DNA from: Craspedostauros australis
Lineage: Eukaryota
Reading direction: 5' to 3'
Length of the DNA: 64,000 nucleotides
NCBI GenBank assembly: GCA_030167865.1
Contig: JALAGF010001633.1
Coordinates: 1 to 64,000 of the forward strand
Position 1 is the first letter of the stretch. Every line of letters starts with the position of its first letter. Of this stretch, positions 45,601 to 54,704 are shown piece by piece. Under the pieces are notes generated by a model. It saw only the letters and a program-made list of their open reading frames with translations. It made no database searches and was not told where the DNA came from. The position numbers and the translations under genes were made by a program.

Positions 45601-47301
45601 TACCAGCTGGTTCGGTTGCGCAATCTGCTGCCAAGGAGAGACGGTGGTGATGGCGTTGCGTGCCATGAGGCGGGCGCCGTTCCTGCTCGCATTGCGGATT
45701 CTTGCCGCCCGTTGAAAGCCATGTGTACCGTCATCGTGTATTCCTCCGTCGTCTGCGTTGTTCAGATTGCTGCTGGCGGTGCCACCACTGCGATTGCTCT
45801 CGTCCGTATCACGCCGGCAAGGAACGACGGTGGTGAATGTGTATTGGATGAGAAATGGAGCTGCCGGCAGATGGGCCTCCTCCGTGTAGACGTTGGACCA
45901 GAACTCATCGACGCCTTCACGATGCGCATTGAGCTGATGCGTGGCAAGCGCCAGGAGGGTAGCAAATGGCTTCACGCCGAATACAACCAGCTGTGATTGG
46001 CCGGGTCGTAGATGTCCTTCGGACGGGAACACAGTGAAGCAGTCGGGGCGTTGGACGGATGCCTTCCAGACCATGGATCGGTTATAACTGGGGTTGGTGA
46101 GATGAATCAGGTGCCAGGAATGCATAGCCATGTGGCTTAACTCCTGTTTCGACGGATCAGGAAATAGCGTTTTGAGATGTTCGATCTCGTGTTGCGATGA
46201 TGTGTGGACATTGAAAAACAGCAGATCTGTGATGAAACTGAGCGATCGGGCCAGGTATTGATTTGTGTCGATGTCACGATTGAGTGTCGCCGCACCTGCG
46301 AATGCTTTGGCCGCTCTGCGCCACGCGTACGGCTGGATCCGCGATTGTTTCGCTGTGCTCGTTGCCATCATTGTTTGCTGTATACGCAGCGACGTCGCCG
46401 CCGCGACAGCTTGAGCTGGAGTCCTAACGTTGACGTTGGCGGTAATGTTGCTATTCATACTCGCATTCTTGTGAATTGGATCACCATCGTTATTGTCAGC
46501 GCGTCCAGCAGATGTGCTAATGCTGTTGTTGTTGTTGTTGTCGTCGTTGTGTTGCGATGGGAATGTGGAAGCAGTGGGATCCCGTCGATATCTGCAGGTT
46601 GGGCAAAGATGGAGGGGCTGGCGGGGCTGCTGATATCGCTGGTGGCCCCGATGCTGATCGCCGTGATCATTCGAAGTTTGTGGCGCGTTAATCTCATGCG
46701 AGTGTTGGTGCGTGACGCAAATGCACGTCCTGCCAGCATCCAGGCAATCGTCAGGGTAGACGCAATTCCAATGCGTGACCCACAGATCGTGTGTATTGTT
46801 GTACGCGTTGATGTAGACACGCAGCCAATTCGTGGTTGATTGGCAAGAGCTCATGGTGGAATGGACGTGGGGATGAGATTCCTCCACATGAAAGTTCCAC
46901 CGAGATTGAAACTTGAATCTCCACAGCTCGGCTGATCGAGTTGCCGCGCATATGGACTTTGAAACGAGCGCCACTGATGTGCAGATGTCCGTGACGGTGA
47001 GGAACTGGAAGATCTGTGCGGAGATATCGTTCGCCAGACCTTCCAGTGGATTGGTTGTTGTGTCTGTGCTCATCGTTGAGTTTGCATGTACTGTTTGTAA
47101 CTGATTGCGATTTAACGCGTTCCCCCCATCATGCTCAATGCTGTTCTTGCTGCTGCGATCGACAACGCTCTCGCCTTCGTCATCGTCGGAAATCCAGGGA
47201 GGGAGAAAGAATGGAGCTGTCAAACAACCATCTCGTGCGATGTCATTCGCAGCTTCTGATGCTTGCGATGCATCCATGCTCGTGCTCATACTAGCATTCA
47301 T
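42682..47301 (-). CDS. Large intronless F-box protein with a putative MSP (VAP-like) domain and a C-terminal multi-pass transmembrane region
   Basis: 1539-aa ORF. The F-box-like segment is PLEGLANDISAQIFQFLTVTDICTSVALVSKSICAATRSAELWR. The MSP-like segment is IHLTNPSYNRSMVWKASVQRPDCFTVFPSEGHLRPGQSQLVVFG. About 7-8 hydrophobic helices lie in the last ~420 aa. Confidence 0.8.
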   Translation of the reverse strand: MNASMSTSMDASQASEAANDIARDGCLTAPFFLPPWISDDDEGESVVDRSSKNSIEHDGGNALNRNQLQTVHANSTMSTDTTTNPLEGLANDISAQIFQFLTVTDICTSVALVSKSICAATRSAELWRFKFQSRWNFHVEESHPHVHSTMSSCQSTTNWLRVYINAYNNTHDLWVTHWNCVYPDDCLDAGRTCICVTHQHSHEINAPQTSNDHGDQHRGHQRYQQPRQPLHLCPTCRYRRDPTASTFPSQHNDDNNNNNSISTSAGRADNNDGDPIHKNASMNSNITANVNVRTPAQAVAAATSLRIQQTMMATSTAKQSRIQPYAWRRAAKAFAGAATLNRDIDTNQYLARSLSFITDLLFFNVHTSSQHEIEHLKTLFPDPSKQELSHMAMHSWHLIHLTNPSYNRSMVWKASVQRPDCFTVFPSEGHLRPGQSQLVVFGVKPFATLLALATHQLNAHREGVDEFWSNVYTEEAHLPAAPFLIQYTFTTVVPCRRDTDESNRSGGTASSNLNNADDGGIHDDGTHGFQRAARIRNASRNGARLMARNAITTVSPWQQIAQPNQLVRTIPLSAHVNANYPLSTFQSKTMVPFAVHDAADRTVVHSAPQLMEHFPSIFKQLNNMTLEMEQSSRGESYRTELKCLHCHHRWGQRMEEIGQAYVLRMLDCHDEKIARDSQFRRLHQVLLHLSKRCINMSGHRESVDSVRQVLFQITNTLVNHRGAPWLTVQQRGVLLQWETVADEMYQRINSTKGSDNSIAAAGDGDNHSPLLRGDNEVHSEVVPWRHAGVYGSPLCTNSIAAVASTSPEVQPQQQWKHEPKYLEAFANLAHSPGRFCLGPQEDPNHLQTFDKTNRFARRQKGIITDIFMDDPVSAMQSALCILQDPRSLLAHGIYDRIPYPGTIFRRPIVSKILSMDVHIPANGKIHFHWDLKRPIVSNETMVYYEFQNTLDLSMMLALDRLFVYPRSESLQLPPGPTRRFVFSHDRYVMNIPPPGSGRFALSSFPSKIVERFQVGELTQMERYKTKLIQVRLPRASKRNDRNNRETPSDRQPFLLDPSRLRHGTRDGTNLLQQRRRLNDQNPNHPPPAQIHGRGPRALNLLWILSAHLGWTVDENHGASAVYVDRRILIGAQWLSISLMMLPLFWTLLGRYIEVIPTVPLDYPLEGLPFVVETKMRFLSQQECLHCALILAVGWLVLGRWIERHTSRDYFRAMLEHIDHDSNASAQQRQTRSQQQQQQQQQHRRSVHRIESYILHAIHRQWDALCPLFLQRLTFTPQWNRRSQNELKKHVAYWRSRNDPDAVSLSLSFKAENGRGFISLGHRVINTGDASNFKKLAMGALVTIGSFSSTTPHFLLNLLTVFSGSISFGLSMSLQTMETCRESTGANNTRSILKSMNLVNVVILAFLVGQLVGSSGGVLFLAEFVVTSVSLILGGAGTISASAMESWATFFCLSATCFWGYLFGRVAVMEGIREKRSGFSSVMLCASLAIMLVVWGAMLFLHDWENPVSVLISRNGEWKNNARSWFTQRQDDTLSPRSYH

Positions 47302-47469
47302 AGGAGATTGCTCTTGTCGTTTGTGAATGGTGGTGGCAATGCTGCTGTTGATAAAAAATGCCAGAGAGTGCTGTTACGGATGTGCTCCGAATCTACGCAC
47401 TCCAAAGATATCATGAAGACTGCAAAGAGATCGTGATGGAGAAGCGACTGGTCGCAACACCCATTCCTT

Positions 47470-47470
<1 letters not shown>

Positions 47471-47500
<30 letters not shown>
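47471..47500. repeat. (CT)15 microsatellite upstream of the F-box/MSP gene
   Basis: ctctctctct x3 read directly from the sequence. Confidence 0.92.
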
Positions 47501-47506
<6 letters not shown>

Positions 47507-49164
47507 CTTGCCGTTTCTGCACTTGTTGGTGCGTTGCTCCACCTGAACGGATGAACACAAGCCACGGATAGAAGAGAGAGGCTAGTCTGCACTCCACTTG
47601 TGTTCTGTGCGCAAGTTCAAATTCTTGCGTCAGCGACTTGTACTACGACTATTCGGCACGAGTTACGTTACGTTGTCTTGGTTGATGGTCGGATAGAATC
47701 CTTGCAACGGATGACTCTTCGGCGAACGATGTGAGGACCTCCTCCGCGAACCGATCCAATCCAACCCGATGTGGCCACAGAACAAGGTCCGACTGTGCGG
47801 ATGTAAAATATAATACGTAGCTTCACCAAAAGAACCGACAGAACCAACTGTCTCCTTGATCATCAACGGAGGTGTGGCACAATGAGCTACCAGTAGCAGT
47901 ACGAATACGGATGGTTTGTATTCGTTCGTCCCACCACGTTGGACTTTTTGTTGTGCATCTCTCTCTCTGTGCAGAAGAGGCAAAAAGGAACATCTTGGAG
48001 ACGTTCCTGCGAGAGGCAGTTTTGGGTGTAGTTTTCCTTGTTTTGTTCGTGTCTGGTCTCATCACGTTTGGAACCTCATCAATCGTTCCAAGACTCAGAT
48101 CTTTGTGATCGATGTTGTCGATGAGGTCAAATGGATCATGCCTCCTCATGTTTGACATCTTGATTCACGGTGCGATATGTGTGACGTCACATTCAAAATG
48201 GAGATTGTTGGTTGGAGACACGCACAAAAAGTCGACGAGATCACCACGAAGTGTCAAAGACCAGGCGCCAATCCAACAACCACCACCCAAAGCAACCCAA
48301 CCTCAGGTACCAACCCAGAGCTCGCACGAGTGCATCGCATGACAGGCAAGGGAGGAACACACGTGACAAAGGCACGAGCATAAGCGACAAGGGTGCTTCT
48401 GCATGACGGAAGAGAGCAACTGAGCTGAGAGGCGTACATACCTACTTCGATTTTGAAAGGAGAACGAGAAAGAGAGACAGGCTCCGCATCGACGCAAAGC
48501 AAGTGGAGCAACAGGGACTGCCAACACAAGTCCCCAAGATTCTGGAATTGACATCAGAACAGCTCGTAGAAGAGAGCAACAGACTCGATTACACTCGTAC
48601 TTCCTTGTCGAGCAGATCCGATCCGCAGGGCTCCGGCCAGAAGTCAACATCTCCGATCCTCACATTCGATTCTCGGCTTCCAACTCCGTCTGCCAAGTGC
48701 CATCCGTGGGGACTGCATAGTGCTCAGTTCCTCGACTCAACTCGACTCAACTCAATACACGTACGCACTCGTACTCGTGCCCGCACAGTTATTGTATTAG
48801 CACATGTGCATAGTCGTACATCAACCAATCAGACATTGTACCAACCGATTCAAGCCGAGCTGTTGAGAGACGTCAAGAGACATCAAACGATCAGCAACCA
48901 CAAATTCCATCTCAGACTCCGCCCTGCGTGCCGAAGATCTTTGTGCGAGCTCCGCCATTGCGTATCAAGCAAGGTACTGCATGACACGGACGTCACCAAA
49001 TCCGCAATTGATACACGCTCAACCACACTCAAAGGTATTCAACGTGCTCAAGCTATCGACGGCACGATCACAGCTACTCTCTGCCAGAAAATAGCAAAGC
49101 AAGAGGCAACGCACTGCCACAAACAAATCGTCGTTGGCAACAAGCCATTATACTGTTCACCATC

Positions 49165-50238
49165 ATGAAAATTCTTGTCCCGTCACCCACATTTTCACCG
49201 GCGATTTACGCACAATCCAGACGCGCCATGTTGGTGATGACTGTGATTCTCCCAACACTCGTCCAGCTGGGTTTCAGCGAATCGCCATCCTCGACGGCCA
49301 TGCCGCGCAGCAATGTGCGCATCTCCAGCGTCGAGTCAGACAAAGAGCAGACTCTGATCTCGTACCCGCCATGGGTGGCATCCCCCATGATCGATGACAA
49401 CGGCTTCCTGCGCAAGCTCTACCGTCGGATACCGGGCGAATGGGAGAAGGAGGGCCCGCGCCCCCTTTTCCAACGCCGTCGCATGTCGCAGCAATCGTCG
49501 CAGGCCATCCAGGACATCCCCGTCGTTATCCGTCAGGCGCCGGGCGACGGCAACTGTCTCTTCCACTCCATCTCGCTCTGCTGCATCCACGCCCATGATC
49601 AATCCCACATTGACATTCAGCACAACCAGACCTTCCTTTGGTCCTTCTCCAGCACCCTGCGCGAGCTCGCCGTCGATTGCTTGGAGAAGTCGCCGCGCAA
49701 GCTCCTGTTCTTGCAGGGCAACGAGTACCTGCGCGCCCACGACCTCGTCGAATCCGCGGCCGCCCAGTACGGCATCACGGGCGAGGCGTATTGCGAGTAC
49801 ATGCGACAGCAGAGCTACTGGGGTGGCGGACCCGAGATCGTGGCGCTGTGCAACGTCCTGCAGCGCCCCATCCATGTCTACGAGTTGCACGCCAAGCGCA
49901 GGAACCGTCGCAGCAAGACCTTCGTGCTGCGGCGCATGGCGTGCTTCGGGTCGCCCAAGTACGATCGAAAATCGGCGCTGCACATATTATCGGCTGACTC
50001 GCGGTTTCCGGACGTGCTGCCCGGCAAGCAGCTGGAATCGGGCAATCACTTTTTGGCCATCTTTCCGACGAACGAATCGCACAATGCCAAGCTGCGGGGT
50101 GGGAGCAATGAGAACGGCGAGGCGGTGTACTCGAATGGTATCCAACCGCCGTTCCTGCTGAAGTTGGAGGAGGATGTTGCGGAATCCCGAACAGGGATGC
50201 AGTGGTTCAAGGACTTTCTGGCAACGAAACGTACATGA
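49165..50238 (+). CDS. OTU-family cysteine protease (deubiquitinase); start may be ATG 49228
   Basis: OTU catalytic motifs IRQAPGDGNCLFHSIS, LRELAVD, YWGGGPEIVAL..VLQRPIHVY and GNHF. Confidence 0.88.
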   Translation: MKILVPSPTFSPAIYAQSRRAMLVMTVILPTLVQLGFSESPSSTAMPRSNVRISSVESDKEQTLISYPPWVASPMIDDNGFLRKLYRRIPGEWEKEGPRPLFQRRRMSQQSSQAIQDIPVVIRQAPGDGNCLFHSISLCCIHAHDQSHIDIQHNQTFLWSFSSTLRELAVDCLEKSPRKLLFLQGNEYLRAHDLVESAAAQYGITGEAYCEYMRQQSYWGGGPEIVALCNVLQRPIHVYELHAKRRNRRSKTFVLRRMACFGSPKYDRKSALHILSADSRFPDVLPGKQLESGNHFLAIFPTNESHNAKLRGGSNENGEAVYSNGIQPPFLLKLEEDVAESRTGMQWFKDFLATKRT

Positions 50239-50567
50239 AACAGCAACGAAACTACGAGTGCTAGAATATGTGATAGTACTGCATGCATCTGACTATTACA
50301 AACTGTTCAGGGTGTGTTTCTGGAACTGCGCAATACAATACAGTACGGGACGATACGATACGGCACAGTACGCACACCCACAATACTGCGCAGAGAGGAC
50401 TGTGGGTACTCGTATTGGTACATACGAGAATAAACCAGTGGCCATAATCTCCCACAACTCACATGAGTAGGAACAAGCCGTGCTTACTGCGGGTATACTA
50501 ATACAACGGTGTTCTCGATGGGATGCAAGCATTCAGCGGCAGTCTTTCGGCCAGTGTGTCTATCTGC

Positions 50568-52093
50568 CTACAAAAAGTAATCGGGAGGCGGATTCTTGAT
50601 GGGAACGCCTCTGGCTTCCTGCGGCGCCGCATCGAAGATCTTGAAGCTGCGTTCCAAGTTTTCATCCAGTTCCAATATCGCCGCGACGTTACCACATCTG
50701 TAACAGTAGTTGGGCGCGCTCCACACAGTGACGAGGGCGTCGTTGAACATATTTCGGTGGCCCTCCATGACAAGCTGATGAGCTCGGGCGATGAGATCGA
50801 GGTCGTTGCGTTCGTTGAACATGGCGACGATGTCCCCGCCAAAGAGGTAGCCAGCGCCGCGCGGTGACAGTCCCCAACCGTCGATTTCCTCCGGGTCGCT
50901 CCACATGAGATCGCACATGGCACCGTCGTGCGGGACCTCCTGCTTGCGGTCGATGACGCGAATCTGATCGAGGGTGTTAATGGATGGGCTGAGGCCGCCG
51001 TGGACCGTGAAAATCTTGTCTTCGATGATGGCGCTGAGGGAGAGGTAGTCAAAAATTTCCGTGCAATACCGCCAGACATTGACGGATCCGTACTTTCGTA
51101 AGCATTCATCGTAGAAGCCGTAGACCTGCGTGATCTGCCGGCTCTCGTGATTGCCTCGGATGAGAGTGATTCTGTCCGGGTAACGGACCTTGAGAGCGAG
51201 CAGAAGAAGGAATGTTTCGACGGAGTAGTACCCTCTGTCAACGAAGTCGCCGAGGAAGAGGTAGTTCTTGTCTGGGCATTCACCCCCAACTTTGAAGAGC
51301 TCCACCAGATCGTAGAATTGCCCATGGATATCCCCGCATATCTGTGGTTGCAGTGCGGACAGGATAGTTGGTAGTGTTATGGTTGTTATCGTAGTGAAGG
51401 TTCATAGTCGGGTAGGTTGTAGTAGTAGTTGTAGTGATAGTAGGAGTAGTAGTTGTTGTTGTTGTTGGAAAAAGAATGAGGACCGTGGGTGAGCGGATGG
51501 GTTCATGATAATCAGAATTGAGACGCAGAGGGCGACCATTCAGACCGCATCATTCAGGAAGTTGCTTCCACGTGCTCCTCCTCGATCACCGCAACCAATG
51601 ATCGTCTCAATGATCGCATTGCGTGGTCCATGATCTGACAAGGTTGCTTGTTTGGATGATCAGGCTGTTTCCACTCGACGTGAACATCTGGCGATCGCCA
51701 CCACAGGACGGTCAGCTGTAATGAACAATGCATGATATCACATTGTGGATGCTGCCACTGCCACTGCCTATTCTGCTCTATCATGACCTGCGTTGCCGTG
51801 CGAGTACTTACAGTCACTGGCGCGTCGACGCGCTGCACGTTGCTTTCATCCACCAGGATCTCGCGCGCGCGTAGACACAAGGCCTTGACTTCACCCTCCC
51901 TCAGATATTCGCAGCGCTTCAGTCGCTCGATTTGTTCATCCAAGCATGTGTTGCCCCCGCTGGTTAATGACGATGCAGTGGTGTTGGTTGTGAGAGGTGG
52001 AAGGGCGTTGGCGGCAGTTGCGGAGGACGCGTTGGCATTGGCGGCAGGCATGACTGCCGCAGCATCTGCCGGATTTTCGACCATGGCGCTCAT
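50568..52093 (-). CDS. PPP4C: Ser/Thr protein phosphatase 4 catalytic subunit; 2 exons: 52093-51812, 51341-50568
   Basis: [12 protein letters not shown]...[95 protein letters not shown] and terminal DYFL are PP4-type. The intron is GTAAGT...CAG. Confidence 0.95.
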
Positions 52094-52718
52094 CTTCTGT
52101 TAGTCTCGGTGCTGCACTGCTCGGACGTTATATAATACTACGTTGGTGATGCTGCGTCTGCCTTGTTCAGTCGGTGGATCTCCGGATGGTCCCTCTTGTC
52201 ACGCTTGTCAGCAGGCGGAGAGTCGTTTGGTACGATTACGAGCAGGGTGTGTATAGTTTGGTGCGGTGGCGACAACGATTGCGGAAGCTGTCCTTGGTTT
52301 GTTGTTTTGCCTCTGTGTGTGTGCCTGGGCTAGTGTCTTTTGGCTTTTGCTGCCCTTGATTTGTCGCGCCTCCGCCAAGGGACGCAGCACCAACCAAAAC
52401 ACACTTCTGCCACGCGCAACCACGAGAGACACTTTTTGTCGGATGGAGGAGAAATTCGTGTCGCTGTGTTTCGGTTGCGGTGGTGGTAAATCGTCAAAAT
52501 TCAAATTTTTGAATCCGCTTCGACTGATATGACGTCAAACAAGACAGAAAAATGGTGGTTCCCGTTTAAGTCTAAGGATAAAGAAGTAGAGAGAGAGAGC
52601 CGCAATTGATGACTTTTTGGACTCCCGACATGATTTCTAATTCTCCAGTTTGGTGGTCCGTGCATTCATTCATCTGGTTGTCCAGACATTCGTCAGCCAT
52701 TCGTCAACCATTCATGTA

Positions 52719-53608
52719 TTATAGCACAAATGTCGACACTCGATGGCTTCTTGGGTATTTCTGCCGCAGGAAATCCCAATGGACAATGAACAAGTCGGCG
52801 ATGGGGTACAGTAGCCTCCCCGTCAATGAGAGGCTGCGGAAGGCAGTGTGCATCGATCGAAAAGAAGATGAGAATGCAAGAAATGAATGATGAGCGTGTG
52901 CGAGCGAAGACACGCTTGATTCATATGGCATCGAATGTACCAGTATTGCCTCTGTTGCAATGATTGTGATACAACACGCGCGAGATGACGGAAACATCCC
53001 GACACTTACGTTTGAACGCGACAGTACGATTCGATGAACACGATGCGCGTATTGCTCACGCCCAGAAGCCTCCAAAAGAAGCCCGCCAAACAGATGGGCA
53101 GGCACGTGCCGGGCCCGTTGGACAAGATCAGTTGAGGTCGCACGGATGCCATGATCCAGAGGCATTTCCACAAGCTCCAGCACGTCGTCGCAATGGAGGA
53201 TGCGTAGGATTGGCCCACTTCTCGGCTGCGCGGTATGCGGAGGATGGTTGGATTTGTGTGGTTGGATTTGCGGAGATGCAGGTGCAGCCGCTGTTCGCTG
53301 GTCGTGTCGGTTTCGGCGATCATGTAGATGATGGGATCATAGTGCTTGGTAGAATTGCGCGTGTCGGACGGTATCAGTTGTTGGACCATGTGCAGCATCT
53401 CTGTGGTGTGCCCGCCGGAACCCAAGACGACGACGGTTTTGATCGGTTTGTGGCTGTCCTTGTGCTGCCGTTCTTGCGCTCGCCGCGTTTGGCTGTCGGG
53501 ATTGTGTATTGCGCGCAGCACGATGCAGCATCGGATGACGACGATGATTGCAATAGCGATGATCGACACGATGGCGACGAACGCTTGTGATGCGAGTAGA
53601 TCGGCCAT
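52719..53608 (-). CDS. ALG14: UDP-GlcNAc transferase subunit ALG14; 2 exons: 53608-53010, 52833-52719
   Basis: N-terminal TM helix, VVLGSGGHTTEM, IPRSREVGQS, NGPGTC.P and FIESYCRVQT|LSLTGRLLY..ADLFIVHW. The GTAAGT...CAG intron is in phase. Confidence 0.95.
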
Positions 53609-54704
53609 GGTACATGCGTTGTGCCTGATCTGGATGGTCCTGTTTGCGGGTTGATTCTGGCCAGAGCAGCAGACGAAGGAAATGAATGAGACGGATGCGA
53701 TAACAATGATAGCACTCCAACAACCTCTCCTACTGAGACTCTCTCGTCGTGATCATGATTGCTTGTACTCTACGTTGGTATGATGATTCAGACGCCTATC
53801 GGTGCGAGTATTAGTGCGATGATGTTGCTTTCGCTTGTGTTGGGGCAGCGCTGTGCTTGTTGTGGCGCCAACTCCGTATCCAACGCGGAAAATCTACATT
53901 TCACTTGTTACGTCTGCACACCATCACGTCGCTTTCGATTCCAATCCCACAAAATGGCGGGTAAAATAGTGTCCGCCGAATCCACGGACGGACAGACCGA
54001 CAGACGAGAAGGACTCGACAAAGATGACGCAACAAAAGGCACAACAGCTCACAACGGACATTTCACCCACCACACAGCAACAACAACAACAACACGGATG
54101 TGACTGACACCAACAAAAACAGCACGACAAACGACAAACACAACACAACGGGCGATCAAACCAAAATTGGCGTCGGAAGCAACGATCCAATCCCCATCAT
54201 TCAGACAGTTGAGGTTGTGGTTTGGTGTTTGACGCGACATCATCGACATCATCGCTGCCACCAGCATCCCCGTTTATCTGCATCATCGTTGTCCAGCTCG
54301 ACGTCTGTTGATCACAGCTTGCTCGAGGCAATCAAGGGCATCACGCGGCAAGCCAGCGAAGAGGCGAAGCCCCAGGACCGGGATTGCAGCGGTACCCATA
54401 CCAACACGAGTACCAACTCGCTGGTGGAGATCTGTGACATCTGAAGGATCGGCGGTCTGGGATCGTGCAGGAATTCGGAGCATAGGATCATAATCTGCGA
54501 CGCACCTCAGAAACAAACTGGCACGGTACCAAACAAGCCAAATCAAGGCAACGCAAGGCAAGGGCCGTGAGTCATTCACCTCCGCTGCCCTGACACGCAA
54601 AACGCGGTCATTGGTGCCGTCGTAGAACCAGTTGCACCAAACAAGCCAAAATAGCGAGGACAGCCACGCAACGAACAAGCGCGCATCAGTCCGTCCATCC
54701 AACC

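Noticed and set aside
48503-49168. 221-aa ORF overlapping the OTU start by ATGA, as in prokaryotic translational coupling
   Set aside because: It starts at GTG, runs through microsatellite-like repeats and has no domain or codon bias. It is most likely promoter or 5' UTR sequence.
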